Positions 25,423 through 36,275 of a stretch of 64,000 bases of DNA are shown in pieces. Under the pieces are notes generated by a model, which was given only the letters and a program-made list of their open reading frames with translations, was not told the origin of the DNA and did not search any database. Within the stretch, counting starts at the first letter, position 1, and every line of letters starts with the position of its first letter. Position numbers and translations under genes: made by a program. Location of the stretch: IMG/VR virus record IMGVR_UViG_3300031134_000001, positions 1 to 64,000 of that record; one strand, given 5' to 3'. The stretch is from a virus (lineage: Duplodnaviria > Caudoviricetes).

Positions 25423-26817
25423 ATGTTAACCAAGCAAGCATTAGCTCCGACCACATTTACCGCAGCACCAACCGAAGAACTGGCAGCGCCTGACGTCTAC
25501 GAGATTAAGAGCGCGTCAGTCATCAACAAACTGCCGCTTCCTAAGTCACTGAGCGTTGAATCCTTAACGAGTGAGCTGCGTGGTGGTAAGTCCATGCTCA
25601 CGGATTTGCCATCACTTAGTTCGTTAAAGACCGAAGTGGCTGGTGCCTGGAAAGTAGTGGGCACTGTCAAAGGTGCGATTGCCACAGCCAAAGGTATTGC
25701 TGACACGGCCAAGCAATACGGTTCGGTGTTTCAAAAGGCAGTAGGCGGCGTACAAGGCATCAAAGCGTTAGCGAGCATGAGCGGTCCTAGTTTACTCGGA
25801 CGCATCGCTGGCGGTACCTTAAATGGCGTGCCTGGCCTTGCTGGCACGAGTATCGCATCGCTCTCTACGATGTTGTCTAACAACGTCATGCCGCAGCAGG
25901 TCAAAGAGCTGTTTAACACACCCATCCCCGCTGTGCTCGGTACGTACGGTACGGTAGGCGGCGCGTTAACCAAGATCCTGCCAAGTAAGATTACCCAGTC
26001 TTACGAGATGACGTCGATGATCAACAACGTCATGGGCACTAACCAAATCGGGATTGTCGACAAAGACAGTACGGCGCGGTTGTTAGCTGGTTTGTCCATG
26101 GGCGGTATTGCAGGTGGTATCGACAACGCGTTTAGTAGTTTGAAGTCGTTGGCTGGTGGCGATGCGGCTATCGAGATGTCCGCCGCCATGTCGGCTATTT
26201 CCTACAGCGCGCAGTCTGGTAACATCAAGTCGCTCAAAGACGTTGTCTCGGCCATCGGTCCATCCAAGCTGGCATCCATTGCCAAGTCGACCATCAAGAA
26301 CATCTCGACGAACTACAACCCATCCAGTGAAGGTCCGGTCTCGGACACCGAGCGTCAAAAGGATTTCCTCGGGATGATCAGTAGCTTTAGTGATCTGGAC
26401 AAGAACTGGTTAACGCAAGATCGCATGAAGCTCGATCCACTCACCGGAGCGTCGATCTTTGACTTCAAAGTAACCGACGCGACGTTCGCATCAGAAGGTA
26501 GTCCCGATATGCGTCGTACGGTCACGATGGGCGCGATTCGTTCGGATGATCCAGAACTGAAGTGCTTGGCAGCGATCTCGATGTTCCCAGCATTAAGTCC
26601 GGAAGAAGAACTGCGTAAGAGCTTCCCGATGACCAACACGTCCATTACCGGCAACACCACCGCATCGAACAACACGGTAACGGGTAAACAACGCAATCCA
26701 TTAAACGACATTACCATCGACGGCAAGTACGGCGATTGGCGCGACGACGTGATGATCGATGGCGTGTCCAACAACACTCAGTCCGACACAGTTGTCAAAC
26801 AGTTGGGCGGTAGTTAA
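25423..26817 (+). CDS. Virion structural protein (tail/baseplate region)
   Basis: 464-aa Ser/Gly/Ala-rich ORF converging on the gp182/gp181-like pair. Confidence 0.5.
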   Translation: MLTKQALAPTTFTAAPTEELAAPDVYEIKSASVINKLPLPKSLSVESLTSELRGGKSMLTDLPSLSSLKTEVAGAWKVVGTVKGAIATAKGIADTAKQYGSVFQKAVGGVQGIKALASMSGPSLLGRIAGGTLNGVPGLAGTSIASLSTMLSNNVMPQQVKELFNTPIPAVLGTYGTVGGALTKILPSKITQSYEMTSMINNVMGTNQIGIVDKDSTARLLAGLSMGGIAGGIDNAFSSLKSLAGGDAAIEMSAAMSAISYSAQSGNIKSLKDVVSAIGPSKLASIAKSTIKNISTNYNPSSEGPVSDTERQKDFLGMISSFSDLDKNWLTQDRMKLDPLTGASIFDFKVTDATFASEGSPDMRRTVTMGAIRSDDPELKCLAAISMFPALSPEEELRKSFPMTNTSITGNTTASNNTVTGKQRNPLNDITIDGKYGDWRDDVMIDGVSNNTQSDTVVKQLGGS

Positions 26818-26825
26818 CCGTATCA

Positions 26826-26884
26826 GCGCATAGCCTCCCTCTACCCTTCGGGGTAGAGGGAGTTATGACGTCTTTCTTTTTTTT
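26826..26884. terminator. Bidirectional hairpin terminator, CATA/TATG family
   Basis: gcgcatag-cctccctctaccc-ttcg-gggtagagggag-ttatgacgt, then a T-rich run. Confidence 0.82.
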
Positions 26885-26885
26885 G

Positions 26886-28871
26886 TTACTGTCGGTCAGT
26901 ACCGCGATAGAACATACTCAAGGCCCGACCTGGGAACGTGTCACCAAAGAAGCTGGCCATGTGTGCTGGGCTCTTCCATGTTTCATACGCTGCCATCTTG
27001 CGCGTTAAGTTCAGCTTGAGCTTACGCAGGCCGTAGATCTGATCATTCAGAGCCATACCAGCCATGACTGCCAGATAGTCAGAGAAGTCCGTGTCTGGGG
27101 TAAACGCACCACCGGTTAAGGCTACTGCTGCGACTTGACCGTTTTCACCACCAATTACCGAACCAATGGCTTGCGCAATACCTTCACCGAAACTGAAGTT
27201 CTCGCTAATTGGCATGTGCAGCACCGATGACATGTCCAGAACCGTGAACGTGACGTCCACACCCATGGCGTGACCATCTTGGCTAAAGCCCACGTTACCT
27301 GTACCACGCGTGATACTCACCGAGTCGATCATACCCAAGCGTGTCTGGCAACGACCACGGTCGTACAGTTCCACCAAGAACGGGCTGGTGTACGATTGTG
27401 GACCAGTACCTTTCGGTAACACACCAGCCAAAATCATGGCCAGAGGAATGTCGATGTTAAGCACCTGCGAGACTGGATTACCATAGGGCGAGACCAGATT
27501 CATGGTGTACGTGGATTTACCCAGCTGCGCTGACGAACTCTGCCAGTATTTGGGGATGTCCACAAACGCACTACCAGCCAGCGAAGCCAGACCGGACATT
27601 TCCACAGACGACAGCAAACCACTGCCGAATGCTTGGATAGCCGACGTGGCTTCACCGATCAACGCACCTAACGGACCGCCAACGATGTTACCTTGAGCAA
27701 AGTCAAAGCGCTTACTGCGAGCATCTGCCGACATACCGTTCACGCGCGAAGACATGTTCGATTCGCCAACGGAGTTGGTAAAGCTATCTTGGATCGGACC
27801 AGTTGCATTAACACGGAACGACGCGAAGGCGGCGCCATCATCCAACTCGGCATTACCGAAGTTGATGAGTGACTTCAGATAACCTTCTTTCTTGTCCGCG
27901 CCTTGCTGGAACGTATCGTCCACCGACTCGCTACCACTGCCGCCGTTTTCAGTACCCGTCTTCATGGGAGAAGCTTCGAACCAAGCACGCAGATAATCTT
28001 CGATGTTTGGCTCTTTACTGCCTGGCAACGGCAACGGCGTGTTAAGCACTTCACGCGTGACGCGCTGCAAGTCCGTGATCCCCATTTCACCAGCTTGATC
28101 CAAGCGGGCGTTGAGTAACTTCTGCCGCTGCCGTTCCAAACGCTTGGCGCGGTTGGCAATGGCGTACACGTCGATCGAACCTTTCGGACCGAAGATCGTT
28201 GGCATGATCTTGTTCATGATCGGACCTGCTGCTTCGCCTTCGTAACCTGGATCAACGGTTTCAGAGATCGAGCCGAAGATACGTGGCACCACACCGCGGT
28301 TCACTGCCATGTGGTTAACCATGGTGTTCACGGCGTTCCAATAAATCGGCATCGAAGGACGCGAGTAGTAGAACTTGGTCTTAGGAACCTTGTCCAAGAA
28401 GTTAATGGCAGCGCCCAAGAAGTGCACCATCAACAACTTCCACGAGGCGAGCTGCACCACGAAGCCAGCGACCTTACCGATACTGAAGAAGAACTTATCG
28501 CTAGAGCGACCCGTGTTGGCCACTTGGCTAGCTGCACTACTGTAGAAGCCACTAAAGAACCGTGTCAGCGAGTTGTGCTGCGCCATCCCGAAGCGCATGT
28601 GGATGATCTGGGAATTTTGATCGATGATTTCTGTGTAAGCCCGGCCCTTACCTAAGCTACCGGTTAACTTACTTTTGATGCGGATGTCCGCATGCCGACA
28701 ACGTGTTGGGGGTGGGTTAATGCAAATGCTACCACCTGGCCGTGTGTCGGTGTAGTCGATGATCGCAGAGGTATAAAACCGTTTGCGAAAGTCGTCTGAT
28801 TTGGGGTCAAGCTCATCTTTCTTCACGAGGAAGGAGCGACGGACCCATGAAGAGTCTGGTTTGACTGCCAT
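26886..28871 (-). CDS. Baseplate hub/tail protein (phiKZ gp182-like)
   Basis: 661 aa directly downstream of the tape-measure/transglycosylase gene; QTRLGMIDSVSITRG motif. Confidence 0.65.
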   Translation of the reverse strand: MAVKPDSSWVRRSFLVKKDELDPKSDDFRKRFYTSAIIDYTDTRPGGSICINPPPTRCRHADIRIKSKLTGSLGKGRAYTEIIDQNSQIIHMRFGMAQHNSLTRFFSGFYSSAASQVANTGRSSDKFFFSIGKVAGFVVQLASWKLLMVHFLGAAINFLDKVPKTKFYYSRPSMPIYWNAVNTMVNHMAVNRGVVPRIFGSISETVDPGYEGEAAGPIMNKIMPTIFGPKGSIDVYAIANRAKRLERQRQKLLNARLDQAGEMGITDLQRVTREVLNTPLPLPGSKEPNIEDYLRAWFEASPMKTGTENGGSGSESVDDTFQQGADKKEGYLKSLINFGNAELDDGAAFASFRVNATGPIQDSFTNSVGESNMSSRVNGMSADARSKRFDFAQGNIVGGPLGALIGEATSAIQAFGSGLLSSVEMSGLASLAGSAFVDIPKYWQSSSAQLGKSTYTMNLVSPYGNPVSQVLNIDIPLAMILAGVLPKGTGPQSYTSPFLVELYDRGRCQTRLGMIDSVSITRGTGNVGFSQDGHAMGVDVTFTVLDMSSVLHMPISENFSFGEGIAQAIGSVIGGENGQVAAVALTGGAFTPDTDFSDYLAVMAGMALNDQIYGLRKLKLNLTRKMAAYETWKSPAHMASFFGDTFPGRALSMFYRGTDRQ

Positions 28872-28885
28872 AAAAATCCTTTAAA

Positions 28886-28915
28886 TAAAAAGCTGGGAGA
28901 GCCGAAGCCCTCCCA
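28886..28915 (-). terminator. Rho-independent terminator for the 36199..28922 gene
   Basis: Minus strand tgggagggc-ttcg-gctctccca-gcttttt. Confidence 0.75.
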
Positions 28916-28921
28916 TGTACT

Positions 28922-31900
28922 TTAGCCTGGTGCGCGTGGACGTGCTACGCTAACCGGTGCGCGGGGCAATTCACTGGTGCGTCGTTCTGCAACCCGTGAT
29001 TGCTGCGAGGTGGGTGCGCTGTTGCTGTTATCTGGCGCAGCAACACTGGCTTGTTGTGGCATCTTCAGGAAGTTATCCCGAATCTGCACCATGACATCAA
29101 ACGTCTTCTGTTGAATGTCACGCGACTGTGTCAGCAGACTGTTCGTGTCACCCAGGTTCGAGATGCGCACATCGTTCTGCTGCTTGACCGTGGCCATCTT
29201 GTCTTGCATCGAGCTTTGTGGCATGAAGCCACTGGCCAACATTCCCACAGGCATACCACCGCCAGTTGGGGCTGCTACACTCGACGTTGCGCCAGGCAAC
29301 TTCGCCGCTTGGGTATCAGTCGAACTCGCTGTTGCCACAACCGCACCAATACCGACCGGCGCAGCTTTAGCAGCTGCCGCAGCAGGCGCAGGCTTGTTGC
29401 TAGCGATGGCTGGAGGCGGAGCAGATGCTTTACTAGCCACCATGCTTTCACCACCATCGTTAATCATGCCTTTGGCTTTGTTGCGGATTTTGTTGTTCAT
29501 CAACTGATAAACTTGCGCAATCGTCCGAGGCTGACGGTCCTTGGTGAAGAAGATGTTCGGGTTGGATTTGGCCTCTTTCGGGAAGAGCTGCGAGGCATTG
29601 GCACTTGGATCGGATTGCAAGAACTTGCGACCCGTAACAGGACCCATGAAGTGACCCATGTAAATATCCGTATCTGTCACTTCGCGACCAAGTTTACCTT
29701 GCATCTCGTTGAGACAGGTTTTCAGATACTCCGCACCCATCAGCGCATTGGCCCGCGGGTCAGTGCGTGATGCGTTAGGCGCAATGCCGTACTTGGCGCC
29801 ATGTTTCTTCAGCATCCAAGTCCACGTGTCTGAGACGAACTGATACAGACCCGTCGCACTACCGGTCGGGGCTGGAATCTTGTAATCGAACCCAGACTCC
29901 ACCGCAGCCATGGCCGCCATCAACTTAGGATCAACGCCTGCCATTTGCGATGCTGCCAAAATGGTGTCTTTCAACGCTGACCACGAACCATTACCTTTCG
30001 GCATTGGGATCGAGTTGACGTCGCCGCCCGTACCTTTACCCGGATGGACCATTGCCACACCACCGACCATACCGCCCGGTGCTTCACCGATCGGGTTGTT
30101 GCCCACTTGCGGACTAGGGCCTGTCGTCTGTGGAGTTGGACCGCCACCGAAGAACGACTTGGTCTTTTGCCACATGCTACTAACGCCAGCCATCAACCCA
30201 CTTGCCGCTGAAGCGATCACGCCCGGTTGGCTATTGGCTGCACTCTTGTTGGCCGATGGTTGGTTTGCACCTTTACCACCTGGCTCCACGAGAATCGCTG
30301 CTTTGGCCATGTCCTTCAAACCGAGAATGTTGGCGTCTGTACTACGAACGTCAGCATTCATTGCGTAACCATCCCACGGCGGCACCGTCACGTTCCAGAC
30401 ACTACCAGCCGGGCCGTTGGTGGTAAACAGCGCCGTTGCAACATCAACCGCCTGCAACGACTTGAGAAGTGTCTTGCCAGTTGCCGGATCGTCTTTCCCT
30501 GTTTGGGCTTTTATCAAGCTTGCGTAGTTCAAGAACACCGGCAGGAATCGCTGGTTGAACCAGCTAAACCAGTTGGCCGTCAACTCATCGTCGGTACTGT
30601 CCACACCAAATGCAGCGCCGTTATCGAGCAGCACCTGTTCTACGGAACCAGACCATGTCGCCACGTTCTTGCTGTAGAGCAGTTGGCCTGTGAGATACTT
30701 CTCCAAAGCTTTCAAAGTTCGCACCTTGTCCGCTTCCATCTTCACCAAGCCGTACGCTTTCAGACGCACCACGTCAACGCCGTCGAGTCGGTCCGTGCCC
30801 AGCGATTCGAGAATCGTCGAGGAACCAGCCGCCATGACTTGACCACCCTTAGCAGGCATGACCTTCACAGGCACACCCGCGCCAGCCAATGCTTTCGCAC
30901 TCACACCAGTTGACGTTACACCACTTGGCTTTGCACTGGCCGCAGCAGCGCCTGCAACACCGACTGCCGCTACTCCAGCTACGGCGGCTTTACTGCCAGG
31001 CGACTTCTTCTTGAATTCGTTCTCAGCGATCGCAACAATCGCTTTGACATCCCCGCCACCCGAAGGCAGCGATTTCAGATCTTTGAAGGGTGACGTCGTC
31101 ACGCCGTACGGACCTTCAGGGAAGCGAACCAAGTTCAGGTAGTTCAGTGCTGCTGGACCATCTAGGTTGTCAACGTCACTTAACCACTTGTCACTAGCGA
31201 CCGACTTGAGCGCTGCAACGTGAGTTAAGAACACTGGCTTGAAACGATTACCGAACCATTGCAACCAGTTGCCCATCGCTTCTTTATCATCCTCATCAAC
31301 ATCGAAGTCTTTAAAGAGCGACATGAGGTTAGCGCGCTTAGGATCGAGCTTCGCACCTTCCTTACCGTAGATGATGGCATCCTTGAGTTTGTCTTCGAGA
31401 CCAAAGACAGCAGACAGATGGTCTTTGTCTGTCGGTGCAAAACCGTACTGCACGTAACGAATCCGCGAAAGCAGACCCAACGTCTTACGTGTGTAGAGTT
31501 TGTACGCACCGTACCCCAGTGCCGCCACGGCCAGGCCACCCAATACCACCGGTGAAGCCAAGACACCCGCCACGGCTGCTGCGCCTGCGCCCAGTGCACC
31601 ACCCACTGCAGCAGCGCCTGAAGCGATAGCACCACCGGCTCCAGCGAACATGCTACCAACGCCCAACAGGCCACCCCCAATACCCATCGCAAACCGGCCA
31701 CCAGCCTTCAAACCACTCCAGCCTTTACCGGCAACAAACTTGGCTTTACCTTTCCAGCCTTGCGATGTGGCCCAGCTACCGCCAGGACGACGCGCCATCC
31801 GGCGTTTACGACGCTTGTCTTTCGAGTCACGCCCATCGCCGTCAAGTTCGATGTTGGTGTCACCACCTTCGTCGTCTTCTTCTTTCTTACCACGCAGTCG

Positions 31901-34900
31901 ATCCCAGAGCGACAGGCCACCTCCCGCTTTACCGGCTTTACCAGCTTCAGCTTGGGCTTTGGCTTGTGCCGCTTTCTCCTCCGCTTCTTTCTTGTTGCGC
32001 ATCTGGTCTTCGTAACTACCGTCACGATCACCGTCCCCGTCAGAATCGAGCGTACTGCGCACTTTGCGTTTAGGCAGACGATCCATCAACACATCCCGAA
32101 TCTCTTTCAGATACGAGACTTGTTCGGTTTGCAGTTCCACCGCTTTCTTGGTGATCTCAGCAGACGGGCCTTGACGGAATGGATTGCGACCGCGCAGGAC
32201 GTCCATCGAACCACCAGCCAGATTCACAGCAGCCGACACGCCTTTCTTACCCAGCGCGTAACCATTCTTGATCAAGCTCGTACCAGCGTCGTTAACCAGC
32301 TTACCGGCTTTCCACGCCAACTTACCTGCCGTACGAATTCCCGACATGGCAAAGTTAAAGAGCTTACCAATACCGCTACGGATTGGATTGCCGTTCTTGT
32401 CGACCAGACCTTTGCGCAGATCGTCGTGCGTAAGCACTGTCTCTACGTTAGGACCATCGCCGATTAAGACCGGACCATCAATCTTACCTGGGCTCTTAAT
32501 GACCTTACCCGAGGCCGCGGAGTAGTACACCCCAGCGCGCATCAACCGCGCCGTCATGACAGGGCTATCCAGACGGTCTTTGACAAACACGTCTTTGGCC
32601 AAGTCGAGTAGTCCCCAGACTTTCTTACCGACCGAGAAGGCCATCTTAAAGACAGGCGGGATACCTTTGGTGACAACGCCCAACAAGCCCTTGCCGAGTC
32701 CGTACGCGCCAGAAGCCACAGCGCCTAAGGCGTTGAGCGACTTCTTAACTGGACCGACCTTCTGCCAAGCCTGTTCGATTTCAGCAGCTTCAAGAACAGT
32801 CTCTTCGCCCGCAGCGGTTTTACGCACCACATCGCCGCGGATATCTTTCAGCCGACGAATCGGCTTACCAGTTTCTTTGTCGAAGTAGACGTTACCTTCT
32901 TGCAGCATCCGGCCATACAGTCGCGGCTTGCGTTCGTTACCAACGTAGATATCCACGAAGCCGCGCGCGCGGCGGTATTGACTACCGCCTACCAGACCAA
33001 TGCCGTCGGCAGCCAGACCAGCAGTACCTTTGATCGCACCCCAACCGAAACGCGCAGTACCACCCACTACCGTGTTGACAGCTTTTCCGCCGAAGCGGGC
33101 TGTGTTACCGATCATGCGGGCGCCGAAACCCACACTGCGGGCAGCGAATATCGCGCTACCTTTGACCACATCAACCAAACGCATGGCGCCGTTATTTACA
33201 GCACGCTTGGTCTTACGCACGATGCCGTCAGGTACACCACCTGTGGTGATAATACCGTCCTCCAAACGATCGCGGATACTTTCCAGAATCGTCTTGATTT
33301 CACCCAACGTGCCTTTGTGTTCTTCACCATCCAGACCACGCGACTCGTTACGTTGACGCATCTGTTCAGTCGCTTGTTGGATACGATCGTGGATGTTGCC
33401 AGCAGTCGAGCGAGCCCGGCCACTTAAGTCGGTGAACATCTGACCAGCTTGGCTGCGACGCTGACGCAGGTTCTCGCGGAACTCATCGCTGTTAACGTAG
33501 TCTTGCGCACGCTCTGCACTGCCACGTACTTGGTCCCAACGATTGCGCAGCATACCGCCCAACTCATTCATGCTAGGACGACCATCCCAAGCTTCTTGAG
33601 CGCGACGTTGTTGGTCGGTTAAGAACTCTTGCGCACCATCGATCTGTGGCTGATACTGCTGCCGGAGGCGGCCACCTTGTACTAAGGCTTGGCGCTGCAA
33701 ACGCTTAGCGCGGCGCTTGGCTTCTGCTGACAGCTCCTGCGCACGGCGCTTAGCCTCATCGATTTGGTCTTGATGCTGTTGTTTGAGGCGGCCACCTGAG
33801 ACCAACGCTTGACGCTTTAAGCGCCGAGCGTTACGTGCAGCAGACGATGCCAAATCACTCGCACCATCAATCGCCCGGTCAAACGCCGATGGACCACTTG
33901 CCCCGCCCATGTTGGCCAGATCGGCTTGCATGGCAGTTAAGATGTCTTTGATGTCCGACACCAAGGGTTTGCTGTTTTGCAGCTCAATCACAGCGATCAG
34001 CTTTTGCAGCTCATCAACCATGGTCGAACCGTTAGCGGTATCGTTCGCTGCCGGCGGACGTGGTAACTGTGGCGGCGTACCACGATTGCCACCACGCCAG
34101 ACTTGTGGCGTACGACGAACACCACCAATGCCTGGAGCGCCGTTGGCGTTGTACTGCTCGCCATCGAAGTAGCTGTAGACTTTCTCCATGTCGATCTGGG
34201 TCGACCCTGGCTTGATCAAGCCCATGTCTTCCAGCATATCGCGCGGATACACTTCGAGCAGCTGTTGGATTTCTTTCTTGCGGCTACCAGCTGAACGACC
34301 CACATCGCTAAAGCGGCTAGCGAACTGGTTGTTCAGTGAGAACTCCGAGGCTTTGTTCTTCTCGTTCAAAGCGCGGAACAGTTCAGCGAACTTCTCACCG
34401 TTTGCCGACTCATTGAAGTTTGACGCATTCTGATAGTTCGAGATGCGACCAGTCTCGTAGCCAGCGCGACCGCGCAGATTGTCCTTCATCAAGAGCTTGG
34501 TCAACTCAGCGCGTTGCTGTGGATTTAAAACACCTGCCGGATCAACCATCTCCATCAGGCTTTCTTGTTCCCGTTTCACGCCCTTCCTCGAATTTTCATC
34601 GAAGAGTTTGTTGAACACGGACTTACGAACGGCCTTGGTCGAAGAGAACGCACCGCGGCTATAGTCGTATTGGATCAGATCAACTGACGTGTCGCCCGTG
34701 CGAGCGATTTGTTGCTCTTGCACGATGCGCGCTAACAGACCTGGGATGACTTCCACAATCGTCTTGTGCGCTTGGTTACTGAACTGGGTCGGTGCGTAAA
34801 GATCAGCAACGCCCTTTTCCTTAACCTGGGTGTCTGTCGCATTAGCCCGACGGATCGTACCTTTGAACAAATCGATCAGTGGGTTGCCTGCCACGCCAGC

Positions 34901-36199
34901 AACTTTACTCAAGAAGCTCTTGAGGCCGTCTGGCATCCGGGAGTTGTCCAGGAAGTCTTTGGTGGACTGCTCGGCATCGGTGTATTGGTTGGACCAGTCG
35001 TTGGCGATCTGTGGGACGTTTGAACCGAAGTGTTGCAGACGGTTACCCGTACGACGCAAGGCTTTGGCTTTGTTGCCATTGTCGCCCATGATCTTCTTGC
35101 CGACTTTACTAGCGGCCAGACCACCCAACCATTTTGCAGCCACACCACCGACGGCGTTACCACCCATGCGGTAGCGATCCATCCCCATGTCTTCTGCCAT
35201 GTTGACGGTGTCGCCTGCCATCTCCATACCACTGATACCATCACGCACACCACCAGCGAATTTGCTGATGCTGCCAATGGCTTGCTCACGGAATGCTTTG
35301 CCCAAGTTCTGCATGAACTCAGTGCGAGCGCCGAAGACGGTATCCTGAATACCGCCCATGACCTTGTTACGCAACATGTCCTTGAACTTCTCGGACGCGG
35401 TCATCTTGATGAGATCAGGCAGCGAAGTGTTGTGCAAGATCCCCGAGAGCATCTCGGTGTTGCGTACGTTCTGACGACGGGTCTCGTTTAACGTATCGAC
35501 TGCCACGTAGTAGTGACGGGCTTGCAGTTCGAGCGACTTCTTGTGGAAGTTAAACTCGATCCGGCGTTGGTACGCAGCCATCGACACCACACTGCGACGG
35601 ATACCGTCGAGCTGGGCCAAGTTATCGTTATGTCGGTTGTTGCCAACCACATCACGGATCGTCTCACGCGCATCAGACTTGGCTTCTTGCCGAGCACCTT
35701 CTTTGGCGTTGTACTGGAACGTATCTGACAGCATGGCGGCAACAGCCATATCGTTCGCTGCATTGGCCCCGATACCGACCTGTGGTTGATCGCGATACTT
35801 GTCCGCGAAACCTTTGAGTACTTTCTCTGCAGATTTCGGCAGATACTTGCTACTCGACGGCATCATTTTGTCGATCATGCGACCGACATCTTTGAACATC
35901 GGTTTGGCCTCTTTTTGGCCTTCATTGTATAGCTCACGGACGGACGTTGCCGATTGATCAGCTAAATCAACCATGTCGCCGAACCCGCGTGGTAATGCTT
36001 TCTTCACGAATTCACGGAAGAACGACCCACTCTTTACTGTGTCCTTGGCGCCTTCCCATGCGCCAGCGCCGACACGTTCGACGGCTTCGCGTTTATTCTT
36101 AGGCGGTTTAACTTCCATACTGAATTCTTCAAAGTCAAATTCATTACCGAAGTCATATTCGTCAAGATTGAGGCGTTCTGTGTTTGATTTACTCGCCAT
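28922..36199 (-). CDS. Tape-measure-like tail protein with C-terminal lytic transglycosylase (phiKZ gp181-like)
   Basis: 2425 aa. SLT motifs: LMAAMAAVESGF (catalytic Glu), SATGLYQFVSDTW, DPRANALMGAEYL, YMGHFMG. Long helical N-terminal part, internal duplications and a Gly/Ala hydrophobic segment. Confidence 0.9.
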   Translation of the reverse strand: MASKSNTERLNLDEYDFGNEFDFEEFSMEVKPPKNKREAVERVGAGAWEGAKDTVKSGSFFREFVKKALPRGFGDMVDLADQSATSVRELYNEGQKEAKPMFKDVGRMIDKMMPSSSKYLPKSAEKVLKGFADKYRDQPQVGIGANAANDMAVAAMLSDTFQYNAKEGARQEAKSDARETIRDVVGNNRHNDNLAQLDGIRRSVVSMAAYQRRIEFNFHKKSLELQARHYYVAVDTLNETRRQNVRNTEMLSGILHNTSLPDLIKMTASEKFKDMLRNKVMGGIQDTVFGARTEFMQNLGKAFREQAIGSISKFAGGVRDGISGMEMAGDTVNMAEDMGMDRYRMGGNAVGGVAAKWLGGLAASKVGKKIMGDNGNKAKALRRTGNRLQHFGSNVPQIANDWSNQYTDAEQSTKDFLDNSRMPDGLKSFLSKVAGVAGNPLIDLFKGTIRRANATDTQVKEKGVADLYAPTQFSNQAHKTIVEVIPGLLARIVQEQQIARTGDTSVDLIQYDYSRGAFSSTKAVRKSVFNKLFDENSRKGVKREQESLMEMVDPAGVLNPQQRAELTKLLMKDNLRGRAGYETGRISNYQNASNFNESANGEKFAELFRALNEKNKASEFSLNNQFASRFSDVGRSAGSRKKEIQQLLEVYPRDMLEDMGLIKPGSTQIDMEKVYSYFDGEQYNANGAPGIGGVRRTPQVWRGGNRGTPPQLPRPPAANDTANGSTMVDELQKLIAVIELQNSKPLVSDIKDILTAMQADLANMGGASGPSAFDRAIDGASDLASSAARNARRLKRQALVSGGRLKQQHQDQIDEAKRRAQELSAEAKRRAKRLQRQALVQGGRLRQQYQPQIDGAQEFLTDQQRRAQEAWDGRPSMNELGGMLRNRWDQVRGSAERAQDYVNSDEFRENLRQRRSQAGQMFTDLSGRARSTAGNIHDRIQQATEQMRQRNESRGLDGEEHKGTLGEIKTILESIRDRLEDGIITTGGVPDGIVRKTKRAVNNGAMRLVDVVKGSAIFAARSVGFGARMIGNTARFGGKAVNTVVGGTARFGWGAIKGTAGLAADGIGLVGGSQYRRARGFVDIYVGNERKPRLYGRMLQEGNVYFDKETGKPIRRLKDIRGDVVRKTAAGEETVLEAAEIEQAWQKVGPVKKSLNALGAVASGAYGLGKGLLGVVTKGIPPVFKMAFSVGKKVWGLLDLAKDVFVKDRLDSPVMTARLMRAGVYYSAASGKVIKSPGKIDGPVLIGDGPNVETVLTHDDLRKGLVDKNGNPIRSGIGKLFNFAMSGIRTAGKLAWKAGKLVNDAGTSLIKNGYALGKKGVSAAVNLAGGSMDVLRGRNPFRQGPSAEITKKAVELQTEQVSYLKEIRDVLMDRLPKRKVRSTLDSDGDGDRDGSYEDQMRNKKEAEEKAAQAKAQAEAGKAGKAGGGLSLWDRLRGKKEEDDEGGDTNIELDGDGRDSKDKRRKRRMARRPGGSWATSQGWKGKAKFVAGKGWSGLKAGGRFAMGIGGGLLGVGSMFAGAGGAIASGAAAVGGALGAGAAAVAGVLASPVVLGGLAVAALGYGAYKLYTRKTLGLLSRIRYVQYGFAPTDKDHLSAVFGLEDKLKDAIIYGKEGAKLDPKRANLMSLFKDFDVDEDDKEAMGNWLQWFGNRFKPVFLTHVAALKSVASDKWLSDVDNLDGPAALNYLNLVRFPEGPYGVTTSPFKDLKSLPSGGGDVKAIVAIAENEFKKKSPGSKAAVAGVAAVGVAGAAAASAKPSGVTSTGVSAKALAGAGVPVKVMPAKGGQVMAAGSSTILESLGTDRLDGVDVVRLKAYGLVKMEADKVRTLKALEKYLTGQLLYSKNVATWSGSVEQVLLDNGAAFGVDSTDDELTANWFSWFNQRFLPVFLNYASLIKAQTGKDDPATGKTLLKSLQAVDVATALFTTNGPAGSVWNVTVPPWDGYAMNADVRSTDANILGLKDMAKAAILVEPGGKGANQPSANKSAANSQPGVIASAASGLMAGVSSMWQKTKSFFGGGPTPQTTGPSPQVGNNPIGEAPGGMVGGVAMVHPGKGTGGDVNSIPMPKGNGSWSALKDTILAASQMAGVDPKLMAAMAAVESGFDYKIPAPTGSATGLYQFVSDTWTWMLKKHGAKYGIAPNASRTDPRANALMGAEYLKTCLNEMQGKLGREVTDTDIYMGHFMGPVTGRKFLQSDPSANASQLFPKEAKSNPNIFFTKDRQPRTIAQVYQLMNNKIRNKAKGMINDGGESMVASKASAPPPAIASNKPAPAAAAAKAAPVGIGAVVATASSTDTQAAKLPGATSSVAAPTGGGMPVGMLASGFMPQSSMQDKMATVKQQNDVRISNLGDTNSLLTQSRDIQQKTFDVMVQIRDNFLKMPQQASVAAPDNSNSAPTSQQSRVAERRTSELPRAPVSVARPRAPG

Positions 36200-36275
36200 A
36201 ACGTCTTACTCCTAATTAGTATACTCGCCTCGTATCTCTTGAGGCTTCATAGTTTTAGCGCACTAAGGACTTAGC

